Part shown: one piece after another, positions 34,656 to 43,527 of the stretch | Layout of the letters: every line of letters starts with the position of its first letter | How positions within the stretch are numbered: position 1 is the first letter of the stretch | Assembly (NCBI GenBank): GCA_963755025.1 | Contig: CAVWIH010000017.1 | Location: 1-64,000, forward strand | Direction of reading: 5' to 3' | Source of the DNA: an uncultured Actinomycetes bacterium | GTDB lineage: Bacteria; Actinomycetota; Thermoleophilia; UBA2241 | DNA length: 64,000 nucleotides | Position numbers and translations under genes: made by a program | The notes under the pieces: generated by a model | The model's database searches: none | Seen by the model: the letters and a program-made list of their open reading frames with translations, nothing else | Told to the model about the DNA's origin: nothing

Positions 34656-36131
34656 CTACCTGACGGTGAGGGTGTTCGAGGCGACGCTCGACTGCACGTT
34701 GCCGGCCGCGTCGGTGGCGTAGATGGAGAAGCGGTAGTGTCCCGCGGCCAGGTGGCAGGCGAAGCGCGCCACGAGCGGGGTGTTGAGGGCGGCGCCGTGA
34801 CGCGTCAGCGTGGCCACCAGGCGGCCGTTGGGCGCCTTGACCTTGATGGTCACGTCGGCGGTCGTCGGGACGGCGCGCGACTCGCTCACCGAGTAGGCGA
34901 GGGCCGCGGTGCGCCCGTGCGTGGCGGTCGCGCCGCGCACGGCGAGGGGGGTGGGTGCGCAGGTGTCGATGTCGACGGTGCAGACCTGGGGGGTCTCGAC
35001 GTTGCCCGCGCCGTCGACCGAGCGGTAGAGCACGGCGTGCGAGCCGTCGCCTGAGTGGTCGGCCGGCGCCGCCACCGTGAGGCTCGTGCCGGTCGTCCAG
35101 GGGCCGCCGTCGATCTTGTATTCGGTGCGGGCCACGCCGCTGCCGCCCGGGCCGTCGGTGGCCGACAGGGTCACGGTGACCGGCTTGTTGTGCCAGAGGT
35201 CGTCGGCGCCCGTGGCGGTGGTCGTGGGGGCCGTGACGTCGCCCGTGGTCTGGCTCACCGCGAAGCTCGTGCCGTCGCTCGACAGCGACGAGGCCGCGGC
35301 CAGGGTGGCGCCGTCGTGGGCGACCATGGCGATCTGGTTGCGGGCGAAGGCGGTGAGGGGGCGGCCGTCGATCGCGCAGCCGGTGTAGTCCACGGCGCCG
35401 AAGTCGGCGAGCGGCAACAGACCGCCGACCGAGGCGTCGGTGGGTGCTTCGGCCACGATCTCGGCCGACGCGGGGGCTGCGGTCGGTCCGTACTGCATGG
35501 TGCTGAAGGAGCGCTGCGTGGTACGGTCGGCGACCGCAAGGGTGAAGCGGCCGTCGCCGTCGGTGGTGACGGTCGCGGTCATCAGGTCGCCGGCGTTCAC
35601 CGTGAGGCTCGCGATGGGCACCTCGGCGGCCGGATACATCTCATACCAGGCGTAGTAGGCGACGTGGCCGTCGCGCACCGCGGCGGCGATGCCGGTCTGT
35701 TCCGCCGTCGCGCTGCCGTCACCGTCGAGGCCGACCCAGAAGCTGGCATACGAAAGGGACGTGCTCGGCGCGGCGATCGCCGGGGTGATCCAGGTGGCGG
35801 TGACGGTGGTGGGGCCGCCGGTGGTGATGTCGTAGCCGGCCCAGTTCAGCGAGGAGACGCTGGTCGTCTGGCCCGCGCCCTGCGAGCTTGTGCGCGCGCC
35901 CGCGCGCTCGACGCGAAGGAGCGGGGCGTCGGCGGTGACCGCGGCGCGGGGAGTCGAGGGGTCCGCCGCGCCGGCGCGTGTCATCGTCGAGCGAGTGAGG
36001 GGGCAGCCCGCTGCGATGCGCGCGCCGGCGAAGGCCGGCAGACTTGCGGAGAAAAGAAGGAGGGCGCATACGAGTGATCCCATGATGCAGACCAGGCGAG
36101 CCATCCGCTGGTTCTGTTCCTGTGGACTCAA
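34656..36131 (-). CDS. Secreted family G1 glutamic peptidase + Ig-like repeat + shared basic C-terminal domain
   Basis: SLNWAGY, WVGLDG, EQTG (Gln), AWYEMYP, SAEIVAEAP (Glu); start TTG 36131 or ATG 36104. Confidence 0.85.
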   Translation of the reverse strand: MSPQEQNQRMARLVCIMGSLVCALLLFSASLPAFAGARIAAGCPLTRSTMTRAGAADPSTPRAAVTADAPLLRVERAGARTSSQGAGQTTSVSSLNWAGYDITTGGPTTVTATWITPAIAAPSTSLSYASFWVGLDGDGSATAEQTGIAAAVRDGHVAYYAWYEMYPAAEVPIASLTVNAGDLMTATVTTDGDGRFTLAVADRTTQRSFSTMQYGPTAAPASAEIVAEAPTDASVGGLLPLADFGAVDYTGCAIDGRPLTAFARNQIAMVAHDGATLAAASSLSSDGTSFAVSQTTGDVTAPTTTATGADDLWHNKPVTVTLSATDGPGGSGVARTEYKIDGGPWTTGTSLTVAAPADHSGDGSHAVLYRSVDGAGNVETPQVCTVDIDTCAPTPLAVRGATATHGRTAALAYSVSESRAVPTTADVTIKVKAPNGRLVATLTRHGAALNTPLVARFACHLAAGHYRFSIYATDAAGNVQSSVASNTLTVR

Positions 36132-36450
36132 GGTCTCCCCCGACGCCGCACCGATAAGGTCACTCCTCCTACGCAGAAGGGGTTCGGGCGGCGGGGCTCC
36201 CGGTGGTGATAGGCACGACTCCCGGTTCGGACAGGGCAGGAGCGGCGGGGGCGAGCCCGAAACCAACGCGAGAGCGGCGTCTGCGGTGCCGCTGCCCTCG
36301 GCGTGCCCGCGGTTTTGAGCGTGGCCGGGCGGCTCACCAGGCGACGGGCGGTCCTTACACCTTGCTTAGTACGCCCGAGTATCTAAACGTACGCTCTATG
36401 AGTAAACGGATGTCCCATGAGCTCGCGAGAGCCCGTCGCCGATAGGTACA

Positions 36451-36498
36451 GCAGGACGGATTATCGGGTGGCAGGCGCCTGCCACCCGATAGTCCTGC
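36451..36498 (+). promoter_or_regulatory. Long leader hairpin just before the RBS of the large surface protein
   Basis: Perfect 30-bp palindrome TATCGGGTGGCAGGCGCCTGCCACCCGATA (36462-36491) extended by GCAGGAC/GTCCTGC; GGAGGT follows at 36507. Confidence 0.6.
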
Positions 36499-36516
36499 AC
36501 TACGTCGGAGGTAGAG

Positions 36517-39500
36517 ATGACACAAGCCCAGAAACTGACGAGACGCGTGACTCTCCCGATCGTCGCGGCAGTGGTGGTGGCTGTGTTTGCCGTTTGCGCG
36601 AGCGTCGCGCTCGCGGCTACTCCGGGATCGGTCACCATCAGTTCGACGACACACCCCTCGCAGTCGGCCTGGTACCCCTCGGCGAACCCTGCGTTCACCT
36701 GGACGCCGGCGACCGAGAGCGGCGGCACTATCGCCGGCTACTCGTTCGTGCTCGATCAGAGCTCCGGCACCATCCCGGTGGCGTCGACCGGCACCGCCTC
36801 TCTGTCGTACCTGCCGAAGGTCGACTACACCATCGGCTCGACCCCGGCCGAGGACAGCGTCGCCGACCTGAACGGCGACGGCAAGCCCGACCTCGTCGTC
36901 GAGAACTCGGCGTCCAACACCGTCAGCGTGCTGCTCGGTAACGGCGACGGCACCTTCAAGGCGGCCGTCAACTACGCCACCGGCGCCGACCCCTGGTCGC
37001 TCGCCATCGGCGACGTCAACGGCGACGGCAAGCTCGACCTCGTCATCTGCGACGAGTCGGCGAACACGATCAGCGTGCTGCTCGGTAACGGCGACGGCAC
37101 CTTCCAGGCGCACGTCGACTACACGACCGGCGCGGGCACCTCGCCCGAGAGCATGCGCCTCGGCGACTTCAACGGCGACGGCAAGCTCGACGTGGTCACC
37201 GCCAACGCCGGCACCAGCAACCTGAGCGTGCTGCTCAACCAGGGCAACGGCACCTTCGGCGCGCCGACGACGTTCGGCACCGACTCGCACCCCACATCGA
37301 TCGCCGTCGGCGACCTGAACGGCGACGGCAAGCAGGACGTGGTCACGGCCAACATCGACACCAGCAGCGTCAGCGTGCTGATGGGCAACGGCAACGGCAC
37401 CTTCCAGACCGCGGTCAGCTACCCCTGCGGCTCGACTCCCGAGACCGTCGTGCTGGCCGACCTGAACGGCGACGGCCATCCCGACATCGCCACGGCGAAC
37501 TACGTCAGCACCGCAAGCGTGCTGCTGAACAAGGGCAACGGCACCTTCGCCGCCCACGTCGACTACGCGACCGGTTCGGGCCCCTACTCGCTCGCGGCGG
37601 CCGACATGAACCACGACGGCGCGATCGACCTGGTGACCGTGAACCACGCCGCCAACAGCGTCAGCGTGCTGTACGGCAACGGCGACGGCACCCTGCAGCC
37701 CAAGGTCGACCTGGCGGTCGGCAACGGCCCCTTCTGGGTGGCGCTCGGCGACTTCAACCACGACGGCTACGGCGACATCGCCGTCAGCAACTACGGCAGC
37801 GGCACCGTCAGCGTGCTGCTGGGCAGCGCCTACTTCTCGACCAAGACGGCCGCCAAGTTCACAGGCCAGGCCGAAGGCACCTGGTACCTGCACGTGCGCG
37901 CCGTCGATACGCTCGGCGTGGGCGGCCCGACCGCCACCTACACCGTGCACATCGACGCCACGCCGCCGGTCACCACCGCCTCGGGGCTGGTCGCCGGCGC
38001 CGGCACCAGCTGGACGAACGCCCCGTCGGTGACCCTCAGCGCTACCGACGCGCTGTCCGGCGTCGCGACCACCTACTACACCGTCGACGGCGGCGCGCCT
38101 CAGGCCTACACGGCCTCCCCGATCACCGACTTGACCGCCGGCAGCCACGCGATCAGCTACTGGTCGGTCGACAACGCCGGCAACACCGAGACGGCTCACA
38201 GCGGCTACGTCAACGTCGACCTCACGGCGCCCGTCACCACGGCGAGCGGCCTGTCGACCAGCGCCACCACCGGCTGGAACAAGACGGCCGCGACGTTCAC
38301 CCTGGCGGCGACCGACGCCCTGTCCGGCGTCGCGACGACCTACTACACCGTCGACGGTGGCCAGCGTCAGACCTACACCACTCCCGTCACCATCTCGACG
38401 GCCGGCAGCCACGCGATCAGCTACTGGTCGGTCGACAACGCCGGCAACGCCGAGACGGCGCACAACGCGTTCGTCAACGTCGACCTCGCGGCGCCCGCCA
38501 CCACGGCGACCGGCCTCGCGACCAGCTCCACGACGGGTTGGACCAACGGGAGCAAGACGGTCACCCTGGGGGCGACCGACGCGCTCTCCGGCGTCGCCAC
38601 CACCTACTACACCGTCGACGGCGGCGCGCCGCAGACCTACACGGCCGCCTTCGCCATCGCGACGGCCGGCAGCCATCCGGTCACCTACTGGTCGGTCGAT
38701 AACGCCGGCAACGTCGAGGCGGCCCACAACGGCTTCGTGAACATCGACCTCGTCAAGCCCGTCACGGTCGCGACCGGCCTGGCCGGCACGACGACGTCGG
38801 GGTGGCACACCTCGGCCACGAGCTTCACCCTCGCGGCGACCGACGCCGGCAACTCCGGCCTGGCCACCACGAACTACACCATCGACGGCGGGGCGAGCGC
38901 GCAGTACTCGGGCACGCCCGTACCGGTCAGCGGCGACGCGAGCCACATGGTCACCTATTGGTCGACCGACGTCGCCGGGAACGTCGAAGACGCCCACACC
39001 GGCTACATCAACATCGACACCAAGGCGCCGACCACCACCGCCGCCACCGACCCGAGCGGCTGGACCAACGGCCCGGTCAAGGTCACCCTGACCGCCGGCG
39101 ACACCGGCTCCGGTGTCGGCACGACCTGGTACCAGGTCGGTAGCGGTGACCCCAAGATCTACAGCGGCGCCATCACTGCCAGCGACGCCACTCAGATCAG
39201 CTACTGGTCGACCGATGTCGCCGGCAACGTGGAGAGCCATCACGCCCTCACGCCGCAGATCGACACGATCGCGCCGGTCACGACGGCCGCGACCGACCCG
39301 AGCCGCTGGACCAACGGCTCAGTCCAGGTGACCCTCACCGCTGCCGACACGGGTGGCTCGGGCATCGATACGACCTGGTACAAGGTCGGCGACGGCGATG
39401 CCCAGGTCTACACCGACCCCTTCACCGTCTCCGACGCCACCCAGATCACCTACTGGTCGACCGACAAGGCCGGCAACGAAGAGGCGCACAACACGCTGAC

Positions 39501-42195
39501 CCCGCAGATCGACACGACCGCGCCGGTCACGACGGCCGCGACCGACCCGAGCGGTTGGACGAACGGCAAGGTCGACGTGACTCTCACTGCCACCGACGCC
39601 GGCGGCTCGGGCGTCGCGACCACGTACTACCGGATCGGCGACGGCGATGCCCAGGCCTACACCGGCCCCATCACCGCCAGCGACGCCACCCCGATCACCT
39701 ACTGGTCGACCGACAAGGCCGGCAACGAAGAGGCGCACAACACGCTGACCCCGCAGATCGACACGATCGCGCCGGTCACGACGGCCACGACCGACCCGAG
39801 CGGCTGGACCAACGGCTCGGTCCAGGTGACCCTCACCGCTGCCGACACGGGCGGCTCCGGTCTCGACACCACCTGGTACAAGATCGGCGACGGCGATGCC
39901 CAGGCCTACGGCGGGCCCTTCACCGTCTCCGACGCCACCCAGATCACCTACTGGTCGACCGACACAGCCGGCAATGAAGAGGCGCACAACACGCTGACGC
40001 CGCAGATCGACACCACCGCGCCGGTGACCACCGCCGCCACCGACCCGAGCGGTTGGACGAACGGCAAGGTCGACGTGACACTCACGGCCACCGACGCTGG
40101 CGGTTCGGGCGTCGACACCACCTGGTACAAGGTCGGCGACGGCGATGCCCAGGCCTACAGCGGCCCCTTCACCGTCTCCGACGCCACCCCGATCACCTAC
40201 TGGTCGACCGACAAGGCCGGCAACGAAGAGGCTCACAACACGCTGACCCCGCAGATCGACACGCTCGCGCCGGTCACGACGGCCGCGACCGACCCGAGCG
40301 GCTGGACCAACGGCTCAGTCCAGGTGACCCTCACCGCCTCAGACAAGGGCGGCTCGGGCGTCGCGACCACGTACTATCGGATTGGCGACGGCGATGCTCA
40401 GACCTACAGCGGGCCCATCACCGCCACCGACGCCACCCCGATCACCTACTGGTCGACCGACAAGGCCGGTAACGAAGAGGCGCCCAACACGCTGACCCCG
40501 CAGATCGACACCACTCCGCCGGTCACGACCACGGCCGACCTCGCCGTCGGACCCGACGACGACTGGCAGGCCAGCACGGCGAGCGACCCTGCGACAGTCA
40601 CCCTCGCCGCGACCGACGACCAGTCCGGCGTCGCCACGACCACGTACCAGATCGACGACCAGGCGCCCCAGACCTACGACGGGCCCATCGCCATCACCGG
40701 CGAAGGCTCACACAAGGTCACCTTCTACTCGACCGACGCGGTCGGCAACCAGGAGGCGCCGCAGAGCGGCTACGTCAACATCGATTCCCTGGCCCCGACG
40801 AGCAGCGCTGACGGCCTGCAGGTCGACGGCGCGACGGGCTGGCAACAGGACGCCCAGAGCGTCACCCTGACGGCCTCAGACGCCGGCTCGGGCATGACGG
40901 GCGGCCAGTCGGGCATCTTCTACTCGCTCGACGGTCTCACCTACTCGGCCTACACCGGTCCCTTCACCGTCACGACCGAGGGCTCGAACCAGGTCTGGTA
41001 CTACGCGGTCGACGCCGCGGGCAACCTGGAGACCGCTCACTCCGGCTTCGTCAACATCGACACGACCCCGCCGGTCACGACCGCCACAGGCCTCGTCGCC
41101 GTGAGCGACGGCGGCTACATCCACGGCTCCCAGCAGGTCACGCTGACGGCGGTCGACTCGGGCTCGGGCATGACCGGCGGCAAGGCGGCGACCTGGTACA
41201 CCGATACCGTCGGCGACACCACGCCGACCCCCAAGCCTTACACCGGGACCCCCTTCACGGTCTCGGGCGTGGGTACGCACACGATCACCTATTACTCGGT
41301 CGACGCCCTGGGCAACGCCGAGACCGTGCAGACCGGCTACGTCAACATCCTGCCCGACCAGGCGCTCGTGACGCTGGCGAGCGGACTTGCCGACAACGAC
41401 CATTCCGGGTGGCTGACCACCGGCTCGGCCGACGTCAGCCTCTCCACGAGCGGCGGCGGCGGCACGATCACCACCCAATACCGCGTCGACGACGGCCCGC
41501 AGTGGCTCGCCTACACGGGCCCCTTCAGCGTCGCCGGTGACGGCTCGCACCGCGTCGACTATCGCTCGAGCGACAACGTCGGCGACGGCTGGAGCCAGAG
41601 CACCGGCTACGTGAACATCGACACCGTCGGTCCCGCGACCGTCGTCACCGCACCCACCACGCCGCAGCGCGCCACCGTCACCGTCCGCTTCAGCGGCACC
41701 GACAGCCTGTCGGGCTACTCGACGACCTTCTCCAAGGTCGACGGCGGCAAATGGAGCGCCGGCCCCACGGCGGTCGTCACGGCGCTCGCCAGCCACAAGG
41801 CCGACGGCGTGCACACGATCAGCTACTACTCGATGGACGTCGCCGGCAACGCCGGTCCCACCGGGCAGGTCAAGGTGACGATCGACACGCGGCGCCCCGC
41901 CCTCACCCTGCGCGGCGCGACGAAGGTCACCGTGCGCAAGGGCCGCTTCCTGGCGCTGCGCTACCGCTCTGTCGATGCGGGCGGGGCCTGCAAGCTGGTC
42001 CTCACCTTCTCGCGCAAGGTGCCCGGTAAGGCGGTCAAGACTAGCTTCACGATCTCCGCCAGGCGCGTCAGCTCGTGGCAGTCGTCGAAGCTGCGGCTGA
42101 AGCTGGCCAAGGGGGCCTATGCCGTGAAGCTGCAGTTGCGCGACCTCGCCGGCAACCTGTCGGCGGTCAAGACCATGCGCGTCACGGTGAAGTAG
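36517..42195 (+). CDS. Large secreted adhesin-like protein: FG-GAP/VCBS propeller, about 14 Ig-like repeats, basic C-terminal domain
   Basis: Signal peptide, seven D-x-N-(G/H)DG-x-x-D repeats with GNGDGTF, repeated D-x-x-SGV-x-x-T-x-Y..YWS-x-D-x-AGN-x-E modules. Confidence 0.93.
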   Translation: MTQAQKLTRRVTLPIVAAVVVAVFAVCASVALAATPGSVTISSTTHPSQSAWYPSANPAFTWTPATESGGTIAGYSFVLDQSSGTIPVASTGTASLSYLPKVDYTIGSTPAEDSVADLNGDGKPDLVVENSASNTVSVLLGNGDGTFKAAVNYATGADPWSLAIGDVNGDGKLDLVICDESANTISVLLGNGDGTFQAHVDYTTGAGTSPESMRLGDFNGDGKLDVVTANAGTSNLSVLLNQGNGTFGAPTTFGTDSHPTSIAVGDLNGDGKQDVVTANIDTSSVSVLMGNGNGTFQTAVSYPCGSTPETVVLADLNGDGHPDIATANYVSTASVLLNKGNGTFAAHVDYATGSGPYSLAAADMNHDGAIDLVTVNHAANSVSVLYGNGDGTLQPKVDLAVGNGPFWVALGDFNHDGYGDIAVSNYGSGTVSVLLGSAYFSTKTAAKFTGQAEGTWYLHVRAVDTLGVGGPTATYTVHIDATPPVTTASGLVAGAGTSWTNAPSVTLSATDALSGVATTYYTVDGGAPQAYTASPITDLTAGSHAISYWSVDNAGNTETAHSGYVNVDLTAPVTTASGLSTSATTGWNKTAATFTLAATDALSGVATTYYTVDGGQRQTYTTPVTISTAGSHAISYWSVDNAGNAETAHNAFVNVDLAAPATTATGLATSSTTGWTNGSKTVTLGATDALSGVATTYYTVDGGAPQTYTAAFAIATAGSHPVTYWSVDNAGNVEAAHNGFVNIDLVKPVTVATGLAGTTTSGWHTSATSFTLAATDAGNSGLATTNYTIDGGASAQYSGTPVPVSGDASHMVTYWSTDVAGNVEDAHTGYINIDTKAPTTTAATDPSGWTNGPVKVTLTAGDTGSGVGTTWYQVGSGDPKIYSGAITASDATQISYWSTDVAGNVESHHALTPQIDTIAPVTTAATDPSRWTNGSVQVTLTAADTGGSGIDTTWYKVGDGDAQVYTDPFTVSDATQITYWSTDKAGNEEAHNTLTPQIDTTAPVTTAATDPSGWTNGKVDVTLTATDAGGSGVATTYYRIGDGDAQAYTGPITASDATPITYWSTDKAGNEEAHNTLTPQIDTIAPVTTATTDPSGWTNGSVQVTLTAADTGGSGLDTTWYKIGDGDAQAYGGPFTVSDATQITYWSTDTAGNEEAHNTLTPQIDTTAPVTTAATDPSGWTNGKVDVTLTATDAGGSGVDTTWYKVGDGDAQAYSGPFTVSDATPITYWSTDKAGNEEAHNTLTPQIDTLAPVTTAATDPSGWTNGSVQVTLTASDKGGSGVATTYYRIGDGDAQTYSGPITATDATPITYWSTDKAGNEEAPNTLTPQIDTTPPVTTTADLAVGPDDDWQASTASDPATVTLAATDDQSGVATTTYQIDDQAPQTYDGPIAITGEGSHKVTFYSTDAVGNQEAPQSGYVNIDSLAPTSSADGLQVDGATGWQQDAQSVTLTASDAGSGMTGGQSGIFYSLDGLTYSAYTGPFTVTTEGSNQVWYYAVDAAGNLETAHSGFVNIDTTPPVTTATGLVAVSDGGYIHGSQQVTLTAVDSGSGMTGGKAATWYTDTVGDTTPTPKPYTGTPFTVSGVGTHTITYYSVDALGNAETVQTGYVNILPDQALVTLASGLADNDHSGWLTTGSADVSLSTSGGGGTITTQYRVDDGPQWLAYTGPFSVAGDGSHRVDYRSSDNVGDGWSQSTGYVNIDTVGPATVVTAPTTPQRATVTVRFSGTDSLSGYSTTFSKVDGGKWSAGPTAVVTALASHKADGVHTISYYSMDVAGNAGPTGQVKVTIDTRRPALTLRGATKVTVRKGRFLALRYRSVDAGGACKLVLTFSRKVPGKAVKTSFTISARRVSSWQSSKLRLKLAKGAYAVKLQLRDLAGNLSAVKTMRVTVK
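39031..40524 (+). repeat. Six intragenic ~249-bp (83-aa) tandem repeats
   Basis: TTAATDPSGWTNG...NTLTPQIDT-x-APV repeated six times with high DNA identity. Confidence 0.92.
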
Positions 42196-42256
42196 CCGGC
42201 TACGACGACGCCGGCGGCGTGCGCTGCCGGTCCGTACTTCAAGAGGGCACCCGAAG

Positions 42257-42294
42257 ACACAGGGCCCGGCCGCCTCGGCGGTCGGGCCCTGTGT
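42257..42294. terminator. Hairpin between convergent genes
   Basis: ACACAGGGCCCGGCCGCC-TC-GGCGGTCGGGCCCTGTGT. Confidence 0.65.
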
Positions 42295-42406
42295 ACGTGG
42301 GGAGCGGCCGTTCTGGCGATCAGGCCCTTACAGGCGGGAGCGGCGGACGGGGCGCGCAAGGCGCGCCCCGCCGGCCGCGCACAAGAGACGCCTGCCGCCG
42401 GCCGCC

Positions 42407-43519
42407 TCAGGCGCGGGCCGCGCCGAAGCGCCTGGCGCGCCGCACGAGGGTGCGTACGCCCATAGCGATCGCCAGGCGGCGGGCCTCGCTTTTGGCGGCA
42501 TTGCGGCCGCAGAGCGCCACCCAGGTGAGGTGGGCGGTGCGCGTGTCGTGGGTGCCGCCGCGCGTCGCTGTGACGGTGGGGGAGAGGGCCACCAGGCCGG
42601 GCAGGGCGGTCGGCGCGATCGTGCAGAGGCGGGCCACCTGCTTGCGCCACTCTGACAACAGTCGCTCGGCGACTCGGTCGGAGGTCGCCTCATCGTCGCA
42701 GATGGTCTGTAGCGCGGAGGCGAGCGCGCGGGCCCCCTCGATACAAGGCCCGTGCAGGCTGCCCGTCTCGGGCGGTATGCCGCACAGACAGGCGGCGGCA
42801 TCCCAGGAGACGGGCGCGCCGATCGCGAACGACAGCGCCGTCTGCGCTGTCTCGATGGTAGCGCGACGATCTTGTCGGGTGCGGGTGGCCGTCAGCCCGC
42901 TGGGGTTCTGGCGATAGGCAATCAGCGTTTCGGGGAGCGAGGCAACCTCGCTTTGCCGCAACATGGCGGCCCAGAGCGCGTAGTCCTGCGAGTTGCGAAA
43001 GTGTTCGGGGTAGCCGCCGGCGGCGAGGGCCGCGTTGCGGCGCATCATGACCGAGGAATGGGCGATCGAGTTGCCGGTCAGCAGGCGGTAGCGGATCAGC
43101 GCGGCATTGCAAGGCGAGTGGACGGTCCCCAGCACCGTGCCCGACGGGTCGATGCGGTCGAAGGCGGAGCCGAGCAGGGAGCAGTCGGGGTGGTCGCTGA
43201 GGTAGGCGACCTGTCGTTCCAGACGCTCGGGATAGGCGATGTCGTCGGCGTCGAGGATGGCGACGAGGTCGGACCTGGCGGAGCTCATGCCCAGGTTGCG
43301 AGCGGCCGCCGCGCCGCCGTTCTGAGGCACGCTGATGAGGCGCACCCGGGGGTCGGTGAACGAGCGCACGACGTCGGCGGTGCGGTCGGTCGAGCCATCG
43401 TCGACGACCACGAGCTCGAGGTCGGAAAGGGTCTGGGCGAGCACGCTGCGGATCGAGTCCCCGATGTAGTCGGCGACGTTGTGGGCCGCCATCACTACGC
43501 TTACCTGCGGTTCGCTCAC
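42407..43519 (-). CDS. Glycosyltransferase family 2
   Basis: VSVVMAAHN, SVLAQT, VVDDGSTD, ARNLG, LDADD, QDYALW. Confidence 0.95.
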   Translation of the reverse strand: MSEPQVSVVMAAHNVADYIGDSIRSVLAQTLSDLELVVVDDGSTDRTADVVRSFTDPRVRLISVPQNGGAAAARNLGMSSARSDLVAILDADDIAYPERLERQVAYLSDHPDCSLLGSAFDRIDPSGTVLGTVHSPCNAALIRYRLLTGNSIAHSSVMMRRNAALAAGGYPEHFRNSQDYALWAAMLRQSEVASLPETLIAYRQNPSGLTATRTRQDRRATIETAQTALSFAIGAPVSWDAAACLCGIPPETGSLHGPCIEGARALASALQTICDDEATSDRVAERLLSEWRKQVARLCTIAPTALPGLVALSPTVTATRGGTHDTRTAHLTWVALCGRNAAKSEARRLAIAMGVRTLVRRARRFGAARA

Positions 43520-43527
43520 GGTCGGTC

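Noticed and set aside
36140-36330. c-di-AMP (ydaO) riboswitch upstream of the G1 peptidase gene
   Set aside because: Only CCCGAACCC..CGTAGG resembles it; the GCTGAATCC, GGGGAACC and CAGCTAAC elements are missing
39031-40524. Diversity-generating retroelement TR/VR pair
   Set aside because: Differences are not adenine-specific, all copies are in-frame domain repeats, and no reverse transcriptase is present
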